Program-made: the position numbers and the translations under genes
Source of the DNA: Myxococcota bacterium
Lineage (GTDB): Bacteria; Myxococcota_A; UBA796; CAJQPC01
DNA: 64,000 nt
Reading direction: 5' to 3'
Assembly: GCA_036229005.1 (NCBI GenBank)
Contig: JAZAMN010000073.1
Coordinates: 32,001-96,000, forward strand
The notes under the pieces: model-generated
What the model was told of the DNA's origin: nothing
Databases searched by the model: none
The model's input: the letters and a program-made list of their open reading frames with translations, nothing else
Shown here: positions 1 through 9,452 of the stretch, one piece after another
Numbering within the stretch: position 1 is the first letter of the stretch
How the letters are laid out: the number at the start of each line of letters is the position of its first letter

Positions 1-951
1 CAGCGAGCTCCCCTCCAGCACATAGAGCAGCGGCCCCCGGCGCCCCGGGACGATGACGTGCATCGGCTGCTTGGAGGCCCCCATGAGCGCCTGGACCAGC
101 CGGTCCTCCAGCGCGACGGCCTGGGGCTCCTCACTCAGCGCCGAGGCCAGCCGGTCAAAATCGCTCATCATGGCCGGGACCTCGACCAGCCACTCCTCTT
201 CGGCCTCCAGGCGCCGCTCTCCGCGGGCGATGAGCTCCTCCTCCAGCACCACCTGCACAAAGTGCCGCCCAGGCGCCACAGAGGCTCCCAGCGCCGTGGG
301 CTGAGGCGCGCCGCCGTCCACGGAGACCTGGGCGCCCGGAGGAGCCCCGACCACCCGCAGAGTCGCCTTGGGCGCGAGCTGGATCTCCGCCCGCACCGAG
401 TCGTAGGCGATGCGCTCGGGCTCTTCAGGGATCTCCGCCGCGGTGATCTTGCGGTCCGGCTGCAGGCCCGCGGCGTCCACCCAGGCCTTGGGGACCACCT
501 TGCCGTGCAGCTCCGTCCGGTAGGGGGCCGCGGCGGGGTCGGTGGCCAGGGTGTCCTGGAAGTAGCGCTGCACCGCGAAGCCCTCGTAGAGCAGCGCCTT
601 GTAGACCAGCTCCCGGTCGGCCTCGTCCCGCAGGGTGTGGACCTCGGCGGTGGCCGCCTTGAGGCGGCTCATGATGGCCAGCTCGCCGTCGAACTCCTCG
701 ACCAGCGGCCGCACGGCCTCGAACTCCGAGCTCAGGCGCTCCAGCGCGGCCTCGTCCGCCTCGCTCACGCCAGTGACCGGGACGACCTGCTCGACCGGCA
801 CCCGCTTGAGGCTGGGGTGCAGCGTGGGGTCCGAGTCCATGCCCAGGAACACGACCGAGCCCTGCCGGGCCTTGGCCTCGACCGCAGTCACCTCCGCGTC
901 CTGGGCGACGGCGAGGGGTGCGGAGAGCGCGAGCAACATCATCAGCGGCAT
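1..951 (-). CDS. Secreted protein with PEGA-like domain (partial, runs off window start; not in ORF track)
   Basis: Manual translation from ATG 951: MPLMMLLALSAPLAVAQD (signal peptide) ... ATLRVVGAPPGAQVSVDGG...VAPGRHFVQV (PEGA-like). Start overlaps the kinase stop. Confidence 0.7.
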   Translation of the reverse strand, partial: MPLMMLLALSAPLAVAQDAEVTAVEAKARQGSVVFLGMDSDPTLHPSLKRVPVEQVVPVTGVSEADEAALERLSSEFEAVRPLVEEFDGELAIMSRLKAATAEVHTLRDEADRELVYKALLYEGFAVQRYFQDTLATDPAAAPYRTELHGKVVPKAWVDAAGLQPDRKITAAEIPEEPERIAYDSVRAEIQLAPKATLRVVGAPPGAQVSVDGGAPQPTALGASVAPGRHFVQVVLEEELIARGERRLEAEEEWLVEVPAMMSDFDRLASALSEEPQAVALEDRLVQALMGASKQPMHVIVPGRRGPLLYVLEGSSL

Positions 952-2726
952 GAGAGCGCGCTCCCGTCGGGGGTACAGGTCACGCCCATTGGCTTGGTGA
1001 CCTCGATTGAACCAGAAAGCTCCGCGCCGTCCACCGTCGCCGACACGCTGCAGCGGCCGGCCGGCAAGTCCCGAAGCAGCGCAGAGCTGCTCCCCTTCCC
1101 CTTCACATCTCCGCAGCGCACCGAGACCGCGCTGGCCCCATCCACGCTGAACTTGGCCGAGCGCAGGCGCTCCACCTCCTCGGTGACCGCCTCGACCTCA
1201 GCCGGGGCCTCCACCACCTCCGCCGGGGCCGTGCGCTCAACAGGCGCCGTGCGCTCAACCGGTGGGGTGCGCTCCACAGGCGGCTTTGGGGTCTCGAGCG
1301 GCTGCATGGCCTCGCTGGCTGCCGGGTCCACCTCCGAGCCCTCCTGGCCCGCCTCCACGGGGTCCCCCTCCTGGGCATCCACGAGGACAGGCTGCTCGCC
1401 TCCGGCCTCCTGGGTCTCAGCGGGGTCCTCGACCGGAAGCTGCTCGGTGGGCTCCGTCGGGGCCTCGATGCCCACCGGCTCCGGCTCCTGGCCCGAGTAC
1501 ACATAGGCGGCGCTGACTCCGACCAGCAACAGGATGCCAGCCACGATCCAGGGGATGCGGTTGGGCTCGCTGCCGGGTGCCTGGTCGCTCTCCACCGGCC
1601 CCGAAGATGCGCCGGCCTCCGGCCCCGTCGCGCCCTCGCTGTCAGCCGCGGGGGCACCGCCGACATCATCGAAGGCGTCGAACACCAGGGTGGGGTTGGA
1701 GTTGGAGGTGACCGCAGCCGCCTCAGAAATGGGGGTGCCGCTGGTGCTCAGGCCCTCTTCGGTCAGGGTCCCGCGCGCCGGCCGGGTCTTGTCGTCGAAC
1801 ACCTCGGGGATCCGAGGCAGCACCCGCTCGCAGAAGTCATGCAGGCGCTCCCCGCTCAGGCGCCGCCGAAGCTCCTTGAGCTCCTTGGCCATCTCTCCAG
1901 CGGTGGGGCGGTCGTCAGCCTGGTAGGCCAGGGTGCGCGCGATCAGGTCGGCGAGCGCCTGCACCGCCTCCTGGTCCTCCTGCTCCGAGAGCTCGGAGAC
2001 CACGCGCTCGTGGGCGGCCTTGATCTGCTCGGCGTGGCTCTCCGGGCGCAGCTCGATGCGGCCCAGCGCTTCCCGGGCGATCAGCTCGTAGAGCACGCAC
2101 CCGACAGCGAACACGTCCCCTGCACACACGTCCGGATCACCCAGCAGCCGCTCGGGCGACAGGTACCCCAGGCTGCCGTAGCGGATCGCCCCCGTCTTGG
2201 CCTCGCGCTCCGCGAAGTCGGCGCGCGCGATGCCGAAGTCCAGCACCTTGACGTCCCCGTTGGGGCTCAGGCGCACATTCGAGGGCTTGATGTCCCGGTG
2301 CACGACCTGCAGGGGCTCCCCGCTCTCCCCGGGGCTGGACCACGCGGCGTCCAACGCACTGGCCACCCCGTATGCGATCTCCACGCACGCCGGGGCGGAG
2401 AGCCGCGCATCGAGCGCGTCGTTCGCCTGCAGCAGCACCTCGAGGTCGTAGCCCTTGATGTGCTCCATGACGATGGCCCAGCGGCCGTCCAGGCGGAGCA
2501 GGTCGTCCACACGGACGATGTTGCGGTGCTGAAGTCGCCCCAGCAGGCGCGCCTCATCACGCAGGCGCTTGGAGGCGTCCGTGAAGTTGGAGAGCTCCGC
2601 GTTCAGGAGCTTGACGGCGACCTCCTTGCGGAAGCCACCCTGAGACTCCATCTCCGCCAGGTACACGGTGCCGAAGGCGCCGCTGCCCAGCTCGCGCATC
2701 AGCTTGAAGCGTCGACCGGCGTTCAC
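942..2726 (-). CDS. Membrane Ser/Thr protein kinase (Hanks type) with TM helix and small extracellular beta domain
   Basis: LGSGAFGTVY, VAVK, HRDIKPSN, DFG, YLSPE motifs; TM IPWIVAGILLLVGVSAAYVY. Likely start GTG 2726 after GGGAGAG (track start 2759). Confidence 0.95.
   Translation of the reverse strand: MNAGRRFKLMRELGSGAFGTVYLAEMESQGGFRKEVAVKLLNAELSNFTDASKRLRDEARLLGRLQHRNIVRVDDLLRLDGRWAIVMEHIKGYDLEVLLQANDALDARLSAPACVEIAYGVASALDAAWSSPGESGEPLQVVHRDIKPSNVRLSPNGDVKVLDFGIARADFAEREAKTGAIRYGSLGYLSPERLLGDPDVCAGDVFAVGCVLYELIAREALGRIELRPESHAEQIKAAHERVVSELSEQEDQEAVQALADLIARTLAYQADDRPTAGEMAKELKELRRRLSGERLHDFCERVLPRIPEVFDDKTRPARGTLTEEGLSTSGTPISEAAAVTSNSNPTLVFDAFDDVGGAPAADSEGATGPEAGASSGPVESDQAPGSEPNRIPWIVAGILLLVGVSAAYVYSGQEPEPVGIEAPTEPTEQLPVEDPAETQEAGGEQPVLVDAQEGDPVEAGQEGSEVDPAASEAMQPLETPKPPVERTPPVERTAPVERTAPAEVVEAPAEVEAVTEEVERLRSAKFSVDGASAVSVRCGDVKGKGSSSALLRDLPAGRCSVSATVDGAELSGSIEVTKPMGVTCTPDGSALSCR
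1224..1285 (-). repeat. Three 18-bp coding repeats (PVERT[P/A]) in the kinase extracellular linker
   Basis: GTGCGCTC[A/C]AC recurs at 18-bp spacing; protein PPVERTPPVERTAPVERTAP. Confidence 0.8.
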
Positions 2727-2727
2727 C

Positions 2728-3225
2728 CTACTCTCCCGAGTCGTCGGTGCCAGCGTCACCCGTGTCGCCGCCTGACAGGTCCAGGCGGCTTCCGATGCAG
2801 TCCTCGGTGTCGGCGATGGTCAGCTCCGCGATGGCCTCGTCTTCGCCCTGAAGCTCCTCCGGCAGCGGGGAGTGGTCGTTCTGGGTGAGGTTGGCCTTGA
2901 TGGCTCCGCTCCCCTCAGCCATTGGCTCAGTCATGTCCAACACGTTGGAGTACACCGGGAAGTAGACGCTGTCGTCGCTGGCGTTGGGGTAGAAGTGCCA
3001 GTGTCCCTCGCCCTCCGCGTTCTCCGTGACCGGGCCCAGCATCACCATGTTCTCGACGGACACCACGAGCTGGAAGGTCGGGCAGATGGGACGGGTCTGG
3101 TCCTCCGCCGACATGTAGATGGGGTTCGGGAAGAGGATGTCGATGTTGGGCGCCGCCACCTCGTCGACCGGACCGACATAGGTGGGGGGAGCGCAAGCGA
3201 ACAGGGAGAGGATCAGGGTCGGCAT
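2728..3225 (-). CDS. His-motif lipoprotein, possibly metal-binding
   Basis: MPTLILSLFAC lipobox; GEGHWHFY and NLTQNDHSPL motifs. Likely ATG 3225 (track start 3252). Confidence 0.75.
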   Translation of the reverse strand: MPTLILSLFACAPPTYVGPVDEVAAPNIDILFPNPIYMSAEDQTRPICPTFQLVVSVENMVMLGPVTENAEGEGHWHFYPNASDDSVYFPVYSNVLDMTEPMAEGSGAIKANLTQNDHSPLPEELQGEDEAIAELTIADTEDCIGSRLDLSGGDTGDAGTDDSGE

Positions 3226-3270
3226 AGGGAGCAGTATACCTGTAGTTGACACCCTTGATGCCGCTGAGCG

Positions 3271-3714
3271 CTATCGGATTCGCACCATGCACTCCGCCGG
3301 CAGCACGTGAGCGTCCCGCTCGGGATCCAACAGCGGGTAACTGTGGGTGACCACGACCTCTGCGCCCTCATCCAGGCAGATCTGTCTGAGGTTCCGTAAG
3401 GTGTTCCCCGCACGCAGCTCGGCGACCGTGAAGCAGGCCACGCGGAGCTCGTCCAGACCACCCTGGGCCTTGATCCACGCGCTCAGCGCCTGGGTCGGCC
3501 CCACCCCCTTCCACCCGATCCCGAAGGTGGGCGTGCCGAGCACCAGCCCCGCGTAGTCGAAGGGATCCAGCTCCGCGGGGAGCGCGTCGAGGGCGTAGGC
3601 GTCGACCTGGAAGGCGCGCGCCTGCAGCCGCTCCACCATGTCTGGAACCACCCGGCCGCAGTGTCCGCGGGCGTTGTCGTAGACCACCAGGATGCGCAGA
3701 GGAGTAAAGGGCAT
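3271..3714 (-). CDS. Flavodoxin-like protein
   Basis: ILVVYDNARGHC (degenerate P-loop), GLVLGTPTFG, VACFTV; GGAGG upstream. Confidence 0.75.
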   Translation of the reverse strand: MPFTPLRILVVYDNARGHCGRVVPDMVERLQARAFQVDAYALDALPAELDPFDYAGLVLGTPTFGIGWKGVGPTQALSAWIKAQGGLDELRVACFTVAELRAGNTLRNLRQICLDEGAEVVVTHSYPLLDPERDAHVLPAECMVRIR

Positions 3715-3879
3715 GCTCCTTTCTTCCTCTCCCGGAGCGATCCGTCAACTCTGTGAAGGGCCCAGTGGAAAACATCGTGTCAACGGGCAGTCGACGCAGA
3801 GAGACCGCGCTTGACCTGCAGGCCCCGCAAACAGTAAAGACCCCCACGGCTACAATGGCGGCCGACAGGAGATGCTCAC

Positions 3880-4866
3880 ATGGCGCGTTGGCTTGTGTCC
3901 CAGGGAGACCGACAGTTCTCCGCCGCGGATCTGGACGAGATCAAGAAGCTGGCGAGAGACGGAAAGATCACCCAGATGGACATGATCCAGCCGCCGGGGG
4001 CCAGCGACTGGCTCTACGCGACCGAGCTCCCTGAGCTCAAGGGCCTGCTCAAGTCCAGCGGCAACGACGACCTCTACGAGGACGACGACCTGCCCAAGAA
4101 GTCCAAGCTCCCCATCGCCATCGCCCTGCTGGCGGTCATCGGCGTGGGGGCGTACTTCGCCTACGACGCCTACACCAAGCTCCCCGAGGCCTCCGACCTG
4201 GAGCTCCTGGGCGAGGGCGGCCTGGCCATGTCCGAGATCCTCATCACCGACGCAGCGCCCCTGCTCTCCGCCCCCGACGGCAGCCAGGTCGCCACGCTGG
4301 AGAAGGACAGCGAGGCCAGCATCCTGGGCAAGCGCGAGGGCTGGTACCACGTCCGGAGCGAGGGTGGACAGGAGGGCTACGTCAAGGCCTCCTACGCCAT
4401 CCCCGCCTACATGTTCGCGGACGCACAGACCCAGCAGGACCACGACCCGCTCTACAACCCGAACAACTACGTCTCGGTGAAGAACGCGTCCTGGATGCAG
4501 GTGGACAGCCGCAACAAGAACTTCACGCTCTTCCAGTTCATGGTGCACAACCAGTCCAAGTTCCCCATGACGGGCCTGGTCCTGGTCGCCACCATCAAGG
4601 ACAAGTCCGGCAAGGAGCTGGAGCGGGTCGAGATCCCCGTCGAGGGCCAGATCCCGCCCCACGAGGCCACCATGATCGGCACGCTGGAGGAGGACGACGC
4701 CGAGCGCCGCCTGATCACCAACGTCAGCTACGCCGAGATGTCCGCACAGGACACCGGCCTGCAGAAGTTCTGGACCGACGGCGTGGGCGTGGAGCTGCAG
4801 TCCAGCGGCTTCTCCGAGGCCACCATCGATGTCCTGGAAGTGCGGGCCATTCCCCCCTCGGAGTGA
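3880..4866 (+). CDS. GYF_2-like N-terminus, TM helix, bacterial SH3 domain and C-terminal beta domain
   Basis: LDEIKKLARDGKIT...PGASDW...LPEL (GYF_2-like); TM LPIAIALLAVIGVGAYFAY; SH3b VATLEKD...GWYHVR...GQEGYV; AGGAG RBS. Confidence 0.8.
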   Translation: MARWLVSQGDRQFSAADLDEIKKLARDGKITQMDMIQPPGASDWLYATELPELKGLLKSSGNDDLYEDDDLPKKSKLPIAIALLAVIGVGAYFAYDAYTKLPEASDLELLGEGGLAMSEILITDAAPLLSAPDGSQVATLEKDSEASILGKREGWYHVRSEGGQEGYVKASYAIPAYMFADAQTQQDHDPLYNPNNYVSVKNASWMQVDSRNKNFTLFQFMVHNQSKFPMTGLVLVATIKDKSGKELERVEIPVEGQIPPHEATMIGTLEEDDAERRLITNVSYAEMSAQDTGLQKFWTDGVGVELQSSGFSEATIDVLEVRAIPPSE

Positions 4867-4890
4867 GTCGGTTCACCTCGCAGACACCAC

Positions 4891-4910
4891 GGGCCGCCTT
4901 CGGGCGGCCT
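4891..4910. terminator. Hairpin between convergent genes, possible terminator
   Basis: GGCCGCC-TTCG-GGCGGCC; no clear T-tract. Confidence 0.5.
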
Positions 4911-4965
4911 GCCCTGCTTCAGGGGGGAACACCCAGACCGCCAGCGAGGTGCGCCGACCCATTCC

Positions 4966-6129
4966 CTACTGGAGGGTAGCCGTCCCAACCAGCCCCACGT
5001 AGCTGGCGCCCTCGATGGTGTTCCCGGTGGACGGGTTCACGCTCTGGCTGCCCTGGCGCCGCATCAACTGGATGCTCATCAGCGCGCCCGAGGGGTAGCT
5101 GGTGAGCAGCGAGCTTGGGATGGTCGCGCCGCCGTTGTCTTCGGCGTGGCAGTAGAGCTCCCCCAGCACGGCGCTGCCCTGGGCGTTGAACACCGTGATC
5201 CAGATGATGAAGCTCTCGGCCTCGTAGGCGGGGGACCAGGTGAAGGTCAGGCCGTTCCGGGAGAGCTTGGTGAACGCCGAGTTGGAGGGGTTCAGGATGG
5301 TCAGGGGCTGGAAGGTGTCAAAGCCAAAGGTGGTCTCGACCACGTCCGAGACCTCCCAGCCGGCGCTGGGGACCTGCAGGTCGTAGGCGCTGTTCCAGAG
5401 CTTGTCGGACTCGCTCAGGGGCTGGCTCAGGTAGATCACCGAGCCGCCCTGGAGGCTCTTCTGCAGGGGGATGGAGTCGCTGCCCGCGCTGACGTAGGCC
5501 CAGTCGCCCATGTCCTTGTAGACGCTGGTCGGGGGCGTGCTGGCGCTGGTCGTGGCGCAGCTCCCCTGGGCGGGGAGGTCGTTGAGCCAGCTCCCGCCCA
5601 CCGGGTCGTGGAAGACCGCGCCGATGCTGTAGGAGAGCTGGCTGCTCACCCCGAAGCACTCCGGGCAGCCGTAGACCATGTAGCTGTACTCGACCAGCCC
5701 CTCGAGCTTGCCCGTGGGGGTGACGTCGGTGTCCGTGTCGCTGTCGGTGTCCGCGTCGGTGTCCGCGTCCCCGCCGCCGTCGGTGTAGGTGAAGGCGTTG
5801 TAGGCGACCGCCTGCTCCGTGCCGTTGTCCACCGTGACGTCCACCGGAGCCGCGACGGCGACCGCCGGGCTGGTCACCAGGAGCTGGCCGTCCCCGAGCA
5901 CCGTGGCCGAGAGCTCCGCGCCGCCGAACCAGACCGTGGGCGAGACGCCGAAGCCCTGGCCCAGGATCTGCACCGTGGTGCCCCCGCTGGTGGGGCCGAA
6001 TGCGGGCTCCACGCCGGTGATGCAGATGTCCGCCCCGCAGTCCCCGGCCGCGCTGCTGTCCAGCGCGGTCTCGAAGCCCTCCTCCAGGCCGAACTCACCA
6101 CAAGCGAGAAGGAGCAGCAGCGCAGGCAT
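4966..6129 (-). CDS. IPT/TIG-domain lipoprotein with Asp/Thr linker and unknown C-terminal beta domain
   Basis: MPALLLLLAC; ITGVEPAFGPTSGGTTVQILGQGF...AFTY (TIG); DADTDADTDSDTDTD linker. Confidence 0.85.
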   Translation of the reverse strand: MPALLLLLACGEFGLEEGFETALDSSAAGDCGADICITGVEPAFGPTSGGTTVQILGQGFGVSPTVWFGGAELSATVLGDGQLLVTSPAVAVAAPVDVTVDNGTEQAVAYNAFTYTDGGGDADTDADTDSDTDTDVTPTGKLEGLVEYSYMVYGCPECFGVSSQLSYSIGAVFHDPVGGSWLNDLPAQGSCATTSASTPPTSVYKDMGDWAYVSAGSDSIPLQKSLQGGSVIYLSQPLSESDKLWNSAYDLQVPSAGWEVSDVVETTFGFDTFQPLTILNPSNSAFTKLSRNGLTFTWSPAYEAESFIIWITVFNAQGSAVLGELYCHAEDNGGATIPSSLLTSYPSGALMSIQLMRRQGSQSVNPSTGNTIEGASYVGLVGTATLQ

Positions 6130-6132
6130 CGT

Positions 6133-8841
6133 CTACCACCGCAGCGAGAAGAAGTCGGAGGAGCTGTAGCCGCTGTAGTAGTAGCCCCAGCCATCCGGGA
6201 AGTGGTCGCAGTAGCTGCCCGTCAGGCTGCCACACCAGCCCGCGCCGAAGCCCGCTCGGAGCTGCGTGCTCCCGATGCCCATGTCGGCCTCTGCCCAGGA
6301 CAGGCGCACGCTCTCGCTGTCGGGGTAGCTGACGGTGGGCTTGGACAGGGTGACGAAGGTGCTGTCGTAGCCCTGGAGCTTGGCGACGCCGCTCTGCAGG
6401 CTCAGGCGGTAGTAGGTGTAGTCGCCGCTGGTGGCCACGGCCCACATCTCGATGAACGCGGTGGCCGGGTCGATGCCGGGGGCGACCTTGTATTCGAGCT
6501 CGAAGGTGCCGCCGCTGACCCGGTAGCGGGCGTTGATCAGGTCGACCGTGTCGCCGTTGTTGTCGCCGATGGGGTCGTTGCTGGTGCTCACGTAGAGCCA
6601 GGGGGCCTCGCCGAGCACGACCTGGGCCTGCGCGGTGTAGGCCACGCCAGCGCCGTCCACCAGGTCAAGCTGCAGGTCCAGGGTGTCCCCCAGCGCCGCG
6701 CCCGCGTCCACGCTGACCTCGAAGTCCTTGGAGCGGCTGGAGCCGACGCCCAGGCTGCCCAGCAGGGTCGCGGTGCCCGGCGTGGTAGCGCTGGCCGTGC
6801 TGGTGCCGAGCACGCTCAGGGTGCCGGTGACCAGGCCGGTGGCGTCCAGGTCGCCCAGGTTGGTGACCTCGATGTCCAGCTCGGCGCTCTCGCCGGGCTC
6901 CAGCAGGCCGTCGCCGTCGCCCCCGTCCCCGTCGTCGATCTCGATGGCGGTGATGGTGGGGACGGCCCAGGGGACCGAGATGGAGACGGGCACGGTCCAC
7001 GACTCGACCTCGTCCTCCAGCAGCAGCTCGGCCTGCACGTCCTGGCTGTCGGTGTGGGCGGTGGACACGGTCAGGGACATGCCGGACAGGCTGGCCTCCT
7101 CGCCGGCCTCCCACGCATCCGAGGTCAGGGCGTAGGGGCCCCCGCTGTCCACGCTCAGGTCCGGGTCGGCGCTCAGCAGGGTGGCCTGCACGCCCCCAGC
7201 GCTGGAGGCGCCGTCATTGCGGAGCAGCAGCTCCAGATCCAGGCTGTCCCCGGGCGAGATGACCAGCGGATCCGTGCTCTGGCTGACCAGCACCGGCTCG
7301 GGCGGCTGGGGCAGGTAGACCAGGGCCTCCTCCCCAGCGCTCAGGGCGGGCAGCAGGCTGGCGTCGTAGTCCACGCCGCCGTAGCGGATCCCGAAGTCGG
7401 CTACCTGGCCGGCGACCGCGCTGTCCACCCGCACGAACCAGCGCTGGGCCGGAGCGGGCGGGAGCAGGTCGTACTGGTCGGTGAGCTCCAGCTCCAGGTC
7501 CAGATCCCCCGCGCTGGCCACGTCGGCGTAGACCTGCGTGGACCACAGCGGCGCGTCCGGGTCCCCCACCCCGATGTCCACCTGCACGAGGCCGGTGCCG
7601 CCCAGGTCCAGGGAGAGGGCGGCCGCGCTGGCCTGCCCCACGAGCAGCTCGCCGGGGAAGACCCAGCTCTGGGTGTCGTCGCTGAGGGTGAGCTCCATGG
7701 GCAGGTGGCTGTGGTTGGGCCACTCGCTGTCCACCACCACGTCGAAGGCCATGGTCTCGGTGGCCCCGGCGCCGATGCTGCTCAGCTCCTGGGGGCTGTT
7801 GGAGACGGTCGCGCCCCCGGCCGGGAAGCTCAGGGAGACCTCCAGCGGGCCCCCGGAGAGGTCCACCCGGTTCTCCAGGCTGACCTGCACGCTCGCGCTG
7901 TCCCCGGGCTCTACCGGGGTGTCCGCCCAGCCCACCGTGGGCCACACGTCGATGCTCAGGGGGCCCACGGCCACATCGTCGATGAACCAGTCATCGCTCA
8001 CGGCGCCCGCGTAGCGCCAGGCCAGGTAGACCGCCTGCTCGCCGCTGTAGGCGCTCAGATCCACCACCACGGAGCGCTGCCACTCCTTGTCCAGGGGAGC
8101 GGAGAGCTCGGTGAGCTGCACATAGTCCCCATCATCCGGCAGCCTGGAGCCCGTGGACACCCAGAGGCTGTGCTGCGCCAGCGAGGTGCTCTGTCCGTAC
8201 TCCTGCCAGGTGACCTGCACGCGCTCGGTGTCCGAGAGGTCCAGGGCCGGGGAGATCAGGTAGTCGTCCAGGGTGTTGGAGGCGTCGCTGCCCCGGAAGT
8301 GGGCGACCGAGTGGGTGCCGCTGACCGCGTGGGACTCGGAGAGCGCCCAGGGGAAGCCAGCGAACGAGACGCTGTCCTGCGCCCAGCCCAGCCCCCAGAT
8401 GTCCGTGGCGCCGTCCTCCAGCTCGAAGTCCTCGGTGAAGGGGAGCGCCAGGCCCACGACCTGGACGTCCACCGAGAAGACCTCGTCGTCGGCGTCCTCC
8501 GGGAGGGTGGAGGTGGACGGGATCTCGTTGAGATCGACGGCCTTGAAGTAGTACTCCAGCGCCGGAGAGGCGACGGCCTCTCCGGGGATCTCGCCGGTCC
8601 AGGTGGCCCCGCTGTCCGCGGTCTGGAGCTCCGCGAGGTTCCAGAAGCCGGAGCCCTGGGTGCGGTAGTAGACGGTGACCTCGCCGACCCCGTCCTCGTC
8701 TGCGGCCGCGAGCTCCAGCGAGATGGGCGAGCCCACCAGCACAGCCCCAGGCGGTGTGTGCGAGAGCTCGGGGGGGGCCAGATCCGCTTGGGAGTCCTCG
8801 ACCTGATCCTTGTTGCAGGCCAGCAGCAGGAGCCAGATCAC
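6133..8841 (-). CDS. Large multidomain surface lipoprotein with cleaved-adhesin/MAM-like domain and Ig-like repeats
   Basis: MIWLLLLAC; DDYLISPALDLS...VDLSAYSG...YLAWRY...WFIDDV; DDGDGGDGDGLLEPGE Ig-like repeat. Confidence 0.8.
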   Translation of the reverse strand: MIWLLLLACNKDQVEDSQADLAPPELSHTPPGAVLVGSPISLELAAADEDGVGEVTVYYRTQGSGFWNLAELQTADSGATWTGEIPGEAVASPALEYYFKAVDLNEIPSTSTLPEDADDEVFSVDVQVVGLALPFTEDFELEDGATDIWGLGWAQDSVSFAGFPWALSESHAVSGTHSVAHFRGSDASNTLDDYLISPALDLSDTERVQVTWQEYGQSTSLAQHSLWVSTGSRLPDDGDYVQLTELSAPLDKEWQRSVVVDLSAYSGEQAVYLAWRYAGAVSDDWFIDDVAVGPLSIDVWPTVGWADTPVEPGDSASVQVSLENRVDLSGGPLEVSLSFPAGGATVSNSPQELSSIGAGATETMAFDVVVDSEWPNHSHLPMELTLSDDTQSWVFPGELLVGQASAAALSLDLGGTGLVQVDIGVGDPDAPLWSTQVYADVASAGDLDLELELTDQYDLLPPAPAQRWFVRVDSAVAGQVADFGIRYGGVDYDASLLPALSAGEEALVYLPQPPEPVLVSQSTDPLVISPGDSLDLELLLRNDGASSAGGVQATLLSADPDLSVDSGGPYALTSDAWEAGEEASLSGMSLTVSTAHTDSQDVQAELLLEDEVESWTVPVSISVPWAVPTITAIEIDDGDGGDGDGLLEPGESAELDIEVTNLGDLDATGLVTGTLSVLGTSTASATTPGTATLLGSLGVGSSRSKDFEVSVDAGAALGDTLDLQLDLVDGAGVAYTAQAQVVLGEAPWLYVSTSNDPIGDNNGDTVDLINARYRVSGGTFELEYKVAPGIDPATAFIEMWAVATSGDYTYYRLSLQSGVAKLQGYDSTFVTLSKPTVSYPDSESVRLSWAEADMGIGSTQLRAGFGAGWCGSLTGSYCDHFPDGWGYYYSGYSSSDFFSLRW

Positions 8842-9452
8842 AGGCCCTCCTGGTCACAGAGGGGGTCTTCGTCGACGTTCAGCACGGGCGGCAGGTCGAT
8901 GGGGGTGCTCTCGCTGTCCTCGTCCCCGTAGAGCCAGCAGTAGGTGGCGCACTGGTAGGAGATGATGTTGCCGTTGATGTCCCCGACGGGCAGGCAGCCG
9001 TAGCCGCTGGGGCAGTCGGTGTCGTCGCCGCACTCGACGCCGCAGTAGTCGTTCGCGCCCCAGTTCAGGCACATGTTGGCGCCGTCGCCGCCGCACTCGG
9101 AGTCGTCGTTGCAGGGCTTGCAGTAGTAGCCGGAGGCCTCGTAGCACTCCCCCGACGCGGTGTTGCAGAACTCGCCGAAGCCGCAGTCGAGCTGGGTGTC
9201 GCGGCAGGAGCCGGGCACGCACTCGCGGACGTCCGTGTTGCAGACATCGCCGGGGTAGCAGTCGGAGTCCTCCAGGCACCCGTCCTGGCAGCTCTGCTCG
9301 GCGCAGTACTGCTCCATGCCGCACTGATCTGAGGTCGCGCAGGGGACGGGCTTGCAGACGCCCTCCAGACAGACGGAGCCGAACTCGCAGGCGATCTCCT
9401 CGGAGCACTCCACCTCGGGCCCACCGCAGGCCATCATGAGCATCAGGATCAC
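8838..9452 (-). CDS. Cys-rich repeat lipoprotein
   Basis: MILMLMMAC; 28 Cys in 204 aa in C-x5-C-x5-C repeats; GTGA overlaps at both ends. Confidence 0.85.
   Translation of the reverse strand: MILMLMMACGGPEVECSEEIACEFGSVCLEGVCKPVPCATSDQCGMEQYCAEQSCQDGCLEDSDCYPGDVCNTDVRECVPGSCRDTQLDCGFGEFCNTASGECYEASGYYCKPCNDDSECGGDGANMCLNWGANDYCGVECGDDTDCPSGYGCLPVGDINGNIISYQCATYCWLYGDEDSESTPIDLPPVLNVDEDPLCDQEGL

Noticed and set aside
5146..8931. 1261-aa plus-strand ORF and similar long antisense ORFs (29928-32861, 40782-43517, 43554-45242, 52374-54068, 56989-59295)
   Set aside because: In-register antisense frames of high-GC3 genes.
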